A stretch of 64,000 bases of DNA from Ophelia neglecta. Lineage: Eukaryota. The first letter of the stretch is position 1. Every line of letters begins with the position of its first letter. Shown here piece after piece: positions 52,140-64,000 of this stretch. Under the pieces are notes generated by a model. It was not told the DNA's origin, ran no database searches, and worked only from the letters and a program-made list of their open reading frames with translations. The stretch is from positions 45,632,001 through 45,696,000 of the forward strand of contig OZ260663.1 of NCBI GenBank assembly GCA_965285935.1. The letters are read 5' to 3'. The position numbers were made by a program, and so were the translations under genes.

Positions 52140-53188
52140 CGAATGACTCTTATTTGCGGATTGCTTCGCAATAGCCTAATGCACTATCACCATGTAGGCC
52201 TAGAATATATTATTATGGACTCCGGGAAAATGATGTCCGAAGTCACGGATGCTCCTTCTGTTGTGGTTTGCGAGCTAGTAAATCTCGGGAATAAGGGCGT
52301 GCTCGAGAAGTAATGCGTTCAGATTAGTGACGGGGTAGTAGGTGAGACGAAGCTCATTGTGTGGTGAGTTGCTTCTGTCGTCTGAACTCCCCCATAGAGC
52401 CACTAAACACCGACCAGAAGCACCCACTCCCGATCATGCCGACGTTGTTGGCTACCAGCGCACAGGGCAACTAATTCCTTTTTTAAAGCAGCATGGGCCA
52501 GTGGATGTAACCTTTGCAGGGCTAGGCTTCTCTACACAGAGAATAAATTAACAAATTAACAATAACTATGCTTGGTCGGTTGTTTGATGGGCATTGTATG
52601 GGCTTTGGAGAAACCGACAGAAGATCGACCTAGAAGTTGTACCTTGCGATAAAATATAAAAAAGTGCCATTCCTTATACTAGACTCACATTAAATTCCCA
52701 CTAGTATCGTTAGGCTCCCTAATTAATTATTCTGGGAGCTTTAAAAAACAAGCCCGGCTGAAATCGACCTAAATCGACCGGCCATTCTTTTCAGAACATA
52801 CATTAATTGTGAAATTGCCATATTTCGCTCCAGAACCTATGGAGTACAAGAATTAGTTCATTTTGCTCCTATAATCATGAGGTATGAAATAAAGCTACTG
52901 CTTACATAGTTCCTCGGGACTGACTGTTGCAGTTGGTTGCGAAATGACAAAATATTGTAGGCCTATAGCCCAACTAATCCGACATATGGACTAGTAGAAG
53001 GAAATGGTGGTTGTAGCTTCAAAAACATCGGGATATTATTATTGAGTTTGTAGCCCTGTATCAGTTACCATGGCAACCGATTGTTTTTTTGTAGATATCT
53101 ATCTACCTACTGGATCTAATACTTGAATAGAATGTGACTTGAAACCAAAATGATGGTATATCCGAGGAGAAGTAATGTGTGATGATCT

Positions 53189-53212
53189 GGGGTTGGGGGT
53201 GGGGGGTGGGGG
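53189..53212 (+). repeat. G-run tract, G-quadruplex-capable
   Basis: Four runs of 4 or more G with 1-2-nt T loops. Confidence 0.7.
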
Positions 53213-53378
53213 CTATATTTGCCTGTTTTGATGGAATGTGCCTCTGGCTTTGGAAACCAGACCCCTCATTAACCATCCTTGCAATCTATGTAGACCTACA
53301 TATAAATGTGAGGCATAAAATTGACCCAGATGAAAAGTGATGGAAGCGCTGATATATAATCTAGAAACAAAAACAGAC

Positions 53379-53563
53379 GCTGCACGAAGCTGCACGAAGC
53401 TGCACGAAGCTGCATGAAGCTGCACGAAGCTCCACGAAGCTGCATGAAGCTGCATGAAGCTGCATGAAGCTGCATGAAGCTGCATGAAGCTGCATGAAGC
53501 TGCATGAAGCTGCATGAAGCTGCATGAAGCTGCATGAAGCTGCATGAAGCTGCATGAAGCTGC
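53379..53563. repeat. 10-bp tandem repeat (TGCATGAAGC)n, 18 units
   Basis: Twelve consecutive identical units plus TGCACGAAGC variants at the left end. Confidence 0.97.
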
Positions 53564-55216
53564 TTGGTTCTTATTTTGTATTCCCTTATCTTTACAATGA
53601 AACCAGACAATTTTCTGCCATTTTCCTAAAAAATAACACCGGCCTCCCACCAGGGGTGGGGAATTCTGTAACTAAACAGTTCTATAACTGCTCTTTTAAG
53701 TTTTAAATTTATTTTTTATGTGTTATTGCGTAGTTCGAGTTTATGAAATATCATGTATTCCTCATCCCGAGCCATCTTGACCAGGATTAAAACAATGACT
53801 GGCGTCGATTTAAATTCTCTAATGCATTCACTTTGTTTGTTTGCCATGATAATGCATGGTATAATTGGTCTTTTATATATAGTATAAGTTTTTTTATATA
53901 CTCTGGGGACTTAGGAATGTTGTAGAGGTACTGATTACAAGTTAAAGTACATGTATATACAGTATAAAAATGCTATACATAACATTCTGTACCCATGGTG
54001 ATGCCATTAACAAGAATGAATGCTGATCATCAGATTCAGGTGTAATAACAACAGCTGTACCTTAAACTTACAATATCCTGGTCACTCGGCAGTGATAGTT
54101 TTTAGACTTCCGTTTTAATTAATTTACTGTCAATTTTTTGCGTCTGATAAAGCGACTTACGACAACTGCTTCAGTTTGCGTCCGCCCGATACCCGTTGAT
54201 TAAATGTGCCTACAGTATGCAGGCCTTTTTCAGTCTCACAAATCTATATCCCACTGCTGCTGAATGGCATTTGTAGACTAAATGGACTACACTCCAAGAG
54301 TAAAATATGGTGCTATGGCAAATCTAACTCAAGATATAAGTCATTCCGGAATAATATTTCAATTGACTGACATTCTATCAGTCTAACCCAAGCACCCAGG
54401 CTTATAAAAAATAAATCATAACTAACAAAATAGTGTTTAAGAACTGTTTATATTGACTTGGCGACAGTGCCTCTTTACCTCCTATGTGGAGAATATATTA
54501 TTCATAGTTAACCAATCGACGAGAAAAAACAAATGAGATACCTAAAAATAATAAAACTATGAGCTATGACTCTGATTGAGCATTTAAAATATTCCACATT
54601 GACCTTGGAACTGATCAAGGTCAACCTAAATGTCAAAGCCTCGAGGTATACGATGCTAGGCTCGCAGAAAAGGTTATACAAGTTCAATATATACAGGCTT
54701 ATATTTATATCTAATTGGTATTTCTAAAATATTCAGGCAGATGAATGCAGGAACAGCCCATGTACACACACACTAATCGACACAGACAGTCCTCAAATGC
54801 CTACATTACAAATAATAATACTTAATTTGTATAGAAAATCGCTTTTATCAATTCGATCATACGGCCATTCAGTGCTCAGGTTTATGAGAGCGCAGCTGTG
54901 ATTCGATAATCCAATGTAATGTAGGCTAGCACATTCCACATGGGCAGCATTTATTTGTTTACAGAGCTGAGCGATATTATCCGCCAATATGTATAAACAG
55001 CATAACCGTCTGCTCTGCATTCTCTGTTTCGTCTGCTGGCCTTCTGTCAGAGTTGTTTACAAAGGCCCTACACGCAGGGAGATATAGTCAAAGACACTGG
55101 CCCCTACTATGTGGTATCACCGCCGAAAAGGGTGTCTTGCTCAATGCCGTATCAGACCATGATCTTATTTTATTAAAAAAATTTTTTTTACATACATATA
55201 AGTCGGTTCTAAACTG

Positions 55217-55743
55217 TGCTCAAAAAAAAAAATCATGGAATTCTCCTTTATACTAACAGTTACAGATTCAACAACAGCTCTGGTACAGGACAAAGGGACC
55301 GTTTACATGCCCATGCTGATTCGCATACGTTGTCTGTCGTTCCAATCTTAGTATCCAAGATAGCATTTTTCAGGCGCTTGGAGGCGCTGATGAGCTGGCC
55401 TGTTTTTAGCAGGCCAATGCATAAACATCTGCAGATCTACTAGACTACGAAAATGTCCATGGACTTTATGCATGCACTTAAATAGATTTAATTAACTTAT
55501 GAGCCATTTAGCCATGGCTATTATTCATGATTTGGACCCGGGAATTTGGGGCAATGTCTCCTACAAAGATAGCGCGATCGAACTGCTAAAACGAGACAGT
55601 CAAATTTCGATACAATATGCAAATATTCGATCCAGTGCTGACATATGCATGTAAACGGTCCCTTTGTCCTGTACCCGAGCTGTGGTTGAATCTGTAGTAT
55701 AAAGGAGAATTCCTTGAATTTTTTTTTTTTTTTTTTTGGAGCA
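55217..55743. mobile_element. Foldback/MITE-like element with ~95-bp inverted arms
   Basis: Left arm tgctc(a)n tcatggaattctcctttatacta...cagattcaacaacagctctggtacaggacaaagggaccgtttacatgc is mirrored by right arm gcatgtaaacggtccctttgtcctgtacccgagctgtggttgaatctgtagtataaaggagaattccttgaa(t)n ggagca. Confidence 0.85.
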
Positions 55744-57207
55744 GAAGGGTCAATGATAAATGTGGCTTTTAGTAATCTTAGGTTTGTGTGACATTCTGGT
55801 GTAAAATCTTAGTGCCGCTTATCGATTGATAAAAGAACAACACATCAGAATATTGTGAGATCAAAGGCTGTCCATTTTTCAGGGCACTTCGATACGAGAG
55901 GATTTGTGCCACTCTACCTGTGAAACACATATCAGGCTATCTAAAGATATCCTCTGACACCGTTGCATGGACGATTGAAAGCGTGAAGCGCTGGATAATA
56001 ATCAACAAGTATCAAGTTATAAGAAGAGCACCTAGTTATCTATGTAACTTCCGAAATATATCAGTTTTATCACACCACATTCACGGTTATTATTTTGGCA
56101 GAACTTCCAATTGTTTTTTTGGGACATCCCGGAGAGACACATATATTTTCGTTGATTAAGACGAAAGTTCGGTTAGTTGATGTTCGCCTGTTAAAATGGA
56201 TATTATGCTGTATACAAGTCTTATGATAAGCTCCAAACGTAGTGATCGAGCGGCTCGATCTCCTTTCTTCCACGGCTTCCTCCGTTAGTCTATAAGTTCA
56301 TATTTCTTATGATTGCATTAAACTCAGCGATGTATCAAATAACAGTACCTCCATGAAGCTGCGCACCCGTGCTGCGCAGTGATGGCAGAATATGAGTGGC
56401 CGACCAGGAAGTTCGAAAAATCAAGTATTATAGGCGATTGCTACTAATTTGAGGTATCTTGGATGTTGAGAATTGAATTTAATATTTGGATCACCAAACA
56501 ATGACCCAAAAACAAGCAGTTCTTTTTCTAGTTAACCGACATGTTTCCAAATGGATCATAGCTCAGTATGAAATTTGACATGAAGCGTCTTGAAACGTTG
56601 CCTTTGAGGCAGCATGCTTGTAAGACATCTTAAAAGAATAGCCATAGTTTTTGTCTATTCATAAGCGTAAGCACTCTTGGTAGGGAGGTTGGAAGCGTGT
56701 AAAGGACGTACTGGTACAGTCTTTATTTGCATATTGGAGCTGCCATTTATTGCTCACTTAGGTTTATCCAAGCGCCTATACCTGTTATAATTGAGCGGAG
56801 AAACCGTTCTCATGCGTATAACTAAGCAATTTATTATAATTTTGACCAACATACATGATATAAAACAGAAAGGCCTTTTTGCATACAAATCTCTTGAAAT
56901 CGCCGTGAATAATTTCGCCTGCTTTCGAAGAAATTTCTTTATTAAAATGGTTCGGTCGTACAGATTTATCGATAAAGACTATGCTGGAGGGGAAACGGGG
57001 GTTATCGCTGGGGAAAGGACAAAATATGGACGTCCCGCCTGGTTAACTTTAACAATTTGATAGTCATTGATTGGTAATGTAGGCCAGGAACGATAACAAT
57101 ATGGTACTAAATTTTGCTAACGTTGAAAAACGATCTTTTTGAGATAAATGAATATTTACACGAAAATGTGTAGTTTTGCCTGTTATCACTGAACATTTGG
57201 GAACCTA

Positions 57208-57252
57208 CCCCCCCCCCAACCCCACCCCACCCCACCCCCACCCCCACCCCCA
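57208..57252 (-). repeat. (CCCCA)n tract, G-quadruplex-capable on the minus strand
   Basis: ccccccccaaccccaccccaccccacccccacccccaccccca. Confidence 0.8.
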
Positions 57253-58249
57253 CTTACAGATTTGAAGACGCAACTTTTCACCCTGCGGCAAGGCCAAGGG
57301 ACAAAATATTGACGGGATATGCATACTATACGGTGTATATTTTCATTTTGGCTGCACTTTTATTTTGCACTAGTCTCATGATCAGTACTCTGATAAGCAG
57401 TTAATATAGTGGTTACCTAACTATCACCTTTACCATTTCTGCATTCGTCCCCAAATTGGTTTTGGTTAAAGTCAGTGGAAGGAATATCTGGTATCAATTT
57501 GGCCTAATAATAGTTAGCGGCCAAGGTAAAAGATGTAAGTACCTACCTGGTAATGGCTACATCGTGCGTGAATACATGTAAGTGTTAACTGATAACTTGA
57601 GGGGGACTGGCAGACAAATAATAACTTCAAGTGGAACTACTGGGCCATTAATTTAGATAATAACTCGTGAAAACTTGACACTATGGTCAGATAATAAGCA
57701 TAAAATATTGTATAAAGCCGACATGCGCTGTAATGTAAGCCCTTTATACGAATCTGGAGGGGGTATATTGGTCGTAGACTCTCTATCCGTGCTTCTTATT
57801 GCATTCTGAAAACACAAGACCAACACATGTCAGAGAAGTGCCACTGTCAATTCTAAAAAATGTTAGAAACGGGAGTGGTTACCCGGCATTCAAAGCGAAA
57901 TCATTTATAAAGTAAAGTCCGTTACATCCGTCCGAAGTCATTAGAAACCGTCAGCCGCAGGCCCACAAACAATAACCACGGTTACAAATACGTAACTTTA
58001 AACAAGTTAAACAAATTTAGTAATAGAGAAACAATATAATTAAGATTTGAGACATCTTACGTGCATCCTTTTAGATCTTTCTATTTCAATAGCCTAACTG
58101 CTCTGGCTAAAATACTCGGAATATGAATCTTCGTCTTCATTCAATTTTTTATTCAACTTCTCTTCTCCCGACAGAAACAAGTATTAATATATAAAAGCAG
58201 TTTGATTTGTAAAGTAAAAAACATAGCAATGCATTTATTTTGAACGATA

Positions 58250-59570
58250 CCCTGCAAGACAGACGTATAATAGTTCCAGGGTTGCACTGACCGCTACAGT
58301 CTGTGGGAGGCTGTTCCAGACCCGAATAGTATTAGAATTTAGTGGCAGTGTTTGATAGTCCGTAAGCCAGTTAGGGAGCAGAAAGCTCTGTGAATGTGCC
58401 TAGACTGTCTTATCCATGGGATGATAATCTAACTTTCTAAGAATGCAATCAGATCGTGTACTATCTGGTATGCATCACCTGTCAGTGGCCCTCGCGTCCC
58501 CTCCAGGTCGCTCAGCATCTCACCAACACTGGATGTGTTATTGTACCTGCCCTTCAAACTTCTGGGTAACATGACAGTGCATGGAAATTCCAGGATCGGT
58601 CTGACGAGTGTCTGGTATGCTCAATTCTTTCCTGCCTGGAGCTGATGCCCAGGTTCCTGCGAAGAAATCCTAAGGTTTTGTATGTCTTATTGCTTGTGTT
58701 ATCGATATGCGATGACCAATCCAAGTGTTCTTCTATGGTGATCCCTGAGTTTTTTTCCCCAAGTCATTAATAAGAGATATGCCATTTCCAGTTATGGTGA
58801 GTTCATGGCATTTACCGCGAAGAAATAACATGGACCACTAAAGAGTCCACAGCACAAGGCTCTCGATATCCTCTTGCAGGCGGTGTGTTGACTGCGCTAT
58901 AGATACATGATTGTGTTGTCAGCAGATGAATGTGGGTGTTATTGTAAAAGAAATGTAGACATGGCCCAAGAGTTGTGCCCTGTGGCATTACAGACACTAC
59001 TGATACCAACTGAGACTCGTTCATAACCACCTACTGTGTGCTGCTGGAGAGGCAAGTTCTTATTCAGTTGTTAATATTTCCCCCAGCATCTTATACAAAA
59101 CATTTGTGACATAACCTGTTGTGCTCTACCTCAACAAAGTCCATGATCACTATTTCGTTATTCATCATGCTTATAAGTAGCAGGAGACATTTTTTGCTGA
59201 CCATAATGTGCTCCATGATATTACAGCATGTGCACGTCAGAGAAACCTATCTGTAATATGCCGGAATTGATTTAGCACCTTTCTTGTAAATGGATGCTAC
59301 TCCGGCTTAACTCTAGTCCGCAGGGATATCTCCCTAGGCCAATGATGCATTCAATAACGTACTATTGGGACTGCTAGGGACACTACCTTCAGCTTTTTGG
59401 GGCTTGAGGCCCCGTAGGAGCCTCTCGACTCCGCGCCTGTTATATATATTTTATGCATGCTCGGGATGTCCCTTCCATTTACTATCAGACTTATTTAGGG
59501 CTTCAGCGATATACTGGCTTAGGGCAGAGGATGTTTTTGTATGGAGAGAACTGATGTTTTAGCCTTATCT
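58250..59570 (-). mobile_element. Degenerate CR1-group LINE ORF2 (RT plus C-terminal region)
   Basis: In order on the minus strand: LLRGLKPQKAEG, GDIPAD*, VASIYKKG..PAYYR*VSLTC..CNIMEHI, IMDF, MPQGTTLGPCL, GITIEEHLDWSSHI...KTLGFLRRNL, AYQTLVRPILE, SSVGEML, RVWNSLP. Confidence 0.9.
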
Positions 59571-62164
59571 ACTGCCTTGTCCACCTATCTATCGTTAATT
59601 ATCTGTGGCGGAATTCTAATGTAATCGTTACTTCTATGAGTCACAAATGCCTGAAAGAGCTTCGTACAGCTGAACTTATCGTCACCATCGTCACCCAGAT
59701 CCCCGTTAAATACAGGAGTGGATACCCAGTAGACAAAACAAGCCCGTAAATTAAGAACATGAAATCGTCAGGAACAAGCATGCGCAACCTAAAAAAACAT
59801 CTATCTCCGGTCTCCTGACTAGTCAGATCATCAATGTAAATCCAATTCTCTGACCTTATTTGCTTTTGGATAACATTATAAATGTTTTTTTTATCTTTGA
59901 CACTCTCCAGTTTATTTCTTTTTTTCTGTAACATGCATTTTTCTTCATCCAACGAAATTCATGGCGGCCAATTATGCTTCTTGGTTGTTTGTGTTGGATG
60001 TATCGTATAATGCCCTCTGTTCTTCCCTCCCTGAAGATTTTCCATAGTCCATTAAATCGCAGGGATTCTTCGCATTCGGTCCCCGGCCTCCTCTTGTTGG
60101 ATGCTTTAAATTCCGTTATTTCAAAGTGTGTTTATTGCAACTACATGTAAACCAAAATAAAAGAATAAACAATCCATATCTAATCATTTTAGCTCATTAC
60201 CTTAAGAGGAGCAGTATGCTCTCGTTATTTGGAGAAAATCAAAACACATATACCCCTTTTTTGTAATTTGACACGAAATTGGGGAATAATTTTATGAGCT
60301 GGCCTTCATACTTCATCGCCGTACGTAAATGGGCGTAAACAAAGAGTTATAAATAAAAAATAAAGATGATTTGTGAAGCAAGCGTTACAGTGTATACAAA
60401 TACCTTTTGAGATTTTTCATTTTAAACAATGAATATGTTCAGCCCATGATAGCATGTAATCAATCATTACTCCAAGAAATTTCAAGAAATTTAGAGCCCT
60501 CAACCTGAGCAATCACAGCACCTCCAAATGCAATATCAAAATTATCTGGAAGACATTTTCGTTTGGAGCTGAATATCATAAATGAGTATTTATTCATACT
60601 GACAACTTGTTTGTATACAGCCATTGGAAGATATCTATATTTAAGGCCAAAAGGGTGGCGTATAAGACTTAAGACACATTAGCCAAATCACTTGTGGAGT
60701 GCCGTAAGCAATTTGCTCATTAATGATACCATTTCTTCCGTAAAGTTCATTTCATGTGAAGTGCCTTATGGCTCAATTTGCGACCCTTATTGTTCGTCCT
60801 TTATATCAGAGGAGGAGCAATAAAAGGACGATCATAAGGGTCCCAAAGTTGAACCTTGATGTTGATCTTAGCCTGTTCCTAGTGATTTGATTACTGAATT
60901 TGCTTTATGAGCCGGGTATCCACTCCCTTTGATTTAGTAGTACCCATTGTGCCGAGGGATGCCTCAAGCAATAGAAGAAGTCTTTCTTCGTCATTCCCAT
61001 TGAGCGGGCAGTTTTCAGCTTCCCCAAGTGTTCTTATCCCCTTGGTGTTAATCTTACCAATATTATTGAAATTTTTCTAATATCTAGCTTAGTTTTTTTC
61101 TATTAGAGCTTTTACCAAGAAATATATATTCTCATTGTTCCATAATTTACATTATAGTTTTGCCAAGCTGTCTCAGTGTGATGTCAGTTTCTCTGTCTGT
61201 TTCTTTTTCCTTTCATACAAGAAGTGGTGGTGAATACCATCTTTGGACTGTTCAGTGTTTCCCTGATTTCAAAACAAAGAAAGGAGTAGGGTGTTGACAG
61301 AATGATGTGGAATTGTTGAGGAGAGTAATTATTGAAATTTGTCATGCAAAATCAGTCAATTTATCAAAAATGTCGTATATATACATCTAAATGCAAACAA
61401 CTTTTTACATGTGAATGTGGTATTGGCATCTGCCACATGTATGTGATGGTTTTGATGTACATTGGGCGTGTTAAAATGAAAGCAATGGAAAACTGCCTGG
61501 TAGTAGAAAAAGCCATATACCGTTTCTTCTTTCTGACGTCGAAAGCTATACCATTATAAAGATGGTGACAGGTAAGATGTAATCAGCATTCCAAATTGGA
61601 TGCCTATGTACATTCCTGATTGGTGTGCTTGGTGTTGTCATGGTGACGTTTACATATTTCGATTTTTCAATTTTTTTTATGGTATGTGAACATTGTTAAT
61701 GACATATAGGTCTAATGTTTTCCGCCTGTCAAAGATTCCCAGTTAAAAAGGATGGGGCTGCGAAGGATATGCCAAACAAATTAAATAAATAACTATATTG
61801 TTTTCGCGCCATCGCTCTTTCATAGACTAATTCAACACAAATAGTAAACAGATTTAGATTATATTAAACAATATCAGAACACTGTTGTATGATTTTCTAA
61901 GGTCCTGGGTAAATAATATAGTGATTGCAAAGGTGCACAAGCTTAGTTTCCCTTTTGTAATTTCTTTAGCCGATTGAAGAGCTCTACATCATCTTACCCG
62001 GTCATCAATCACGTTTTTCCCAATAAGTAAGCCAAGTTGGAACGGTTTTCTTCGCGACGGAGGAATACAGCCTAGAGCAAAAGAAGTTTAAATAAACAGG
62101 TTTTATAATTGTCTGCTGATTTATCATAAGACTGCTTCGATTTATCATAAAAATAGATCACCGT

Positions 62165-62310
62165 ATATCTTGCACATGAAACGTATGCTGTAACGTAGAT
62201 ATCCTGCACCCTTTGCTGTGACGTAATAATCGCAAACTCTGCTGGAACGTAATAATCACAAGATATCCTGCAGTTTCTCTTGTAAAGTAATAATAAGATA
62301 TCATGCAGTC
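62165..62310. repeat. Short degenerate ~35-bp tandem repeat (agatatcctgca...gtaataat)
   Basis: 3-4 units share agatatc(c/a)tgca and (c/a)gtaataat. Confidence 0.55.
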
Positions 62311-64000
62311 CAGCAATTCAGAAATCGATCAGAAATATACCAGTCATACCAGTCTAAGGTCATCAGGAACCACTAATTATAGAGTAGTAAGTAAACCCCC
62401 AATTCCACCACTACCAACAATAACCTTTGAGACCAAATAAACGTTAATTTGTTAATTATAATATGCTATATTAAAGTGATGTAATGGAAAAAAAACAGGA
62501 ATCGATATGCGTCAGGCAAAGGAAAACCTTAAATAAATAATGTACTTTTAAATCGGTTCGGCACCATCATTGCCCATCCGCTGCTGTTCCACGAACAACA
62601 ATCCTGAATTATACCTAACTTGAAATAACCAACGAAATTGGGTCGATTTGCAATTAGAAGGAAATCAGCGCTTTCCCTAATTTGTGTCAGACCAGTCTAC
62701 AAATGAGTCAGTGTTCAATGTAGGACGAAGAGAAAATATTCCCTAGGAGAGTCTATATCTCTAAGCTCGCTCGTAAGAGGGAAAGCGCCATAAAATAAAC
62801 TGAGGAGGTGGACGGGGGAGATGAATATTGAGGACAAGTAATGAATGTCGGCCAAATTTGGTAGAAGAATAAAAAAAAATCCCTAATTCTAAAGAAAAAA
62901 ATGTTCTTACAGACATGACATGACACAGATGGAATACTTTGAACATTATTATTTTAAACAATTTTGATGAATTGAATTGGTCAAATTCTAGGTCATCAGA
63001 CGATAAGCTTTATGTTCGACTACATAATGGTCGTTACAATTGATGTGCATACCATTTACAAAAAAATACGAAATAAATGCATTTTTTTTATTGTACTCTT
63101 CTTGTTCATGATAGAGTCAATGCTGATCAGCCGAAAAGGCAACCGAAAACCGAAATCAAAAGAGCAAGAAATCGACGATGGTTGAACCCCTTCTCAAATA
63201 AGAAATATGTGGGATGATCACAAAAAGTAATGACTTTTGTCCAAGGAATAGCGTTTGATATGAGTATAACCTAACCGTTCAATAAAACCCCCTGTCGGTT
63301 GTTATGGGACTAGTCATATTAAGTTGGATTTAGTTCCCAGGATTTTCATAATAAAGTTATGAACACAGCTTTATATTGACGTTGTAGATCGACAATATGA
63401 ATGAATATCCTCTCTCGCTCTGATATGATTTATTCATATTTTGCAACTTTAGTGTAACCAAAAGACGATTTTATCCCATTTGTGGATCCACTGGCATATG
63501 GAGAAAATAAGGTATTAAGAAGAGGAAACAAATCAATTTTGGAACGGCGGCCAGTAATACGAGGCGAGTAATGTTTTACATTCTTTTATAAGACAATTAG
63601 GGAAATCCTTAATAAACTGTTCCTGATCATCTCAGCGGGAAATTTGATTAATGAACAGGCACATCCCATCCTCTAAGCCAAACTTTATCTTGGACATGAC
63701 AACCATTGGATGATTTATTCTGTGAAATATGATTTAGTTCATAGGGAATTTATCATGTGCCACGGCCCGGCCTTTGTGTTTAGCTAACTGCCTGCCGTCT
63801 CCGTCTATATATGGCAGCTTGCAGTACTTGACTGATTGGCTGCTTTTTTAAAATAATTTTATTAGTTATTTCTTTAAACTTATATGTGTAGATGTTTCAA
63901 TTGGCTCAATAGTAATCCCTTTTTTGTCTTCCTCACACGAAAGGGCCCATATTATTGTCCCTGGAAGTTGATGTCAACTTAGGACAAGACATATGTTTTA

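Noticed and set aside
53213-53650. MQLHAASCSF-repeat ORFs
   Set aside because: Translation artefact of the 10-bp tandem repeat.
1255-54218. TACAGTA/TACTGTA (Sleeping Beauty-type footprints)
   Set aside because: About 11 seen versus roughly 13 expected by chance, so not enriched.
55388-55430. Hammerhead ribozyme (CTGATGA plus hairpin); similar cores at ~2336, ~45656 and ~47475
   Set aside because: No GAAA after stem II and no stems I/III.
60900-61500. Penelope-like RT remnant on the minus strand
   Set aside because: Only faint motif echoes (IYDIF, GYP), too degenerate to call without a profile search.

Overview
Animal (eukaryotic) genomic DNA, AT-rich (about 37-38% GC by eye) and probably from a non-vertebrate bilaterian such as a lophotrochozoan (inference). 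The window holds one protein-coding gene: a thyrotropin-releasing hormone receptor (TRHR/EFLGamide-receptor type, class A GPCR) on the minus strand. It has two coding exons (50856-50017, TM1-ICL3; 1884-1549, TM6-C-tail; 391 aa joined) split by a 48,132-bp phase-0 GT-AG intron. The rest is intronic or upstream DNA with decayed LINE reverse-transcriptase fragments, several MITE families, minisatellites and G-tracts. Three observations stand out. (1) The palindromic octamers TAGGCCTA and TACATGTA are strongly over-represented, and one TACATGTA is visibly a 6-bp insertion in one unit of a 36-bp minisatellite, which suggests DNA-transposon excision footprints. (2) A 95-codon +1-frame ORF overlaps the TRHR stop and could supply an alternative C-tail through a 76-nt intron. 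(3) A hAT-like MITE with a 5-bp TSD sits next to the putative promoter. No rRNA, tRNA or CRISPR features were seen. All counts were made by eye.
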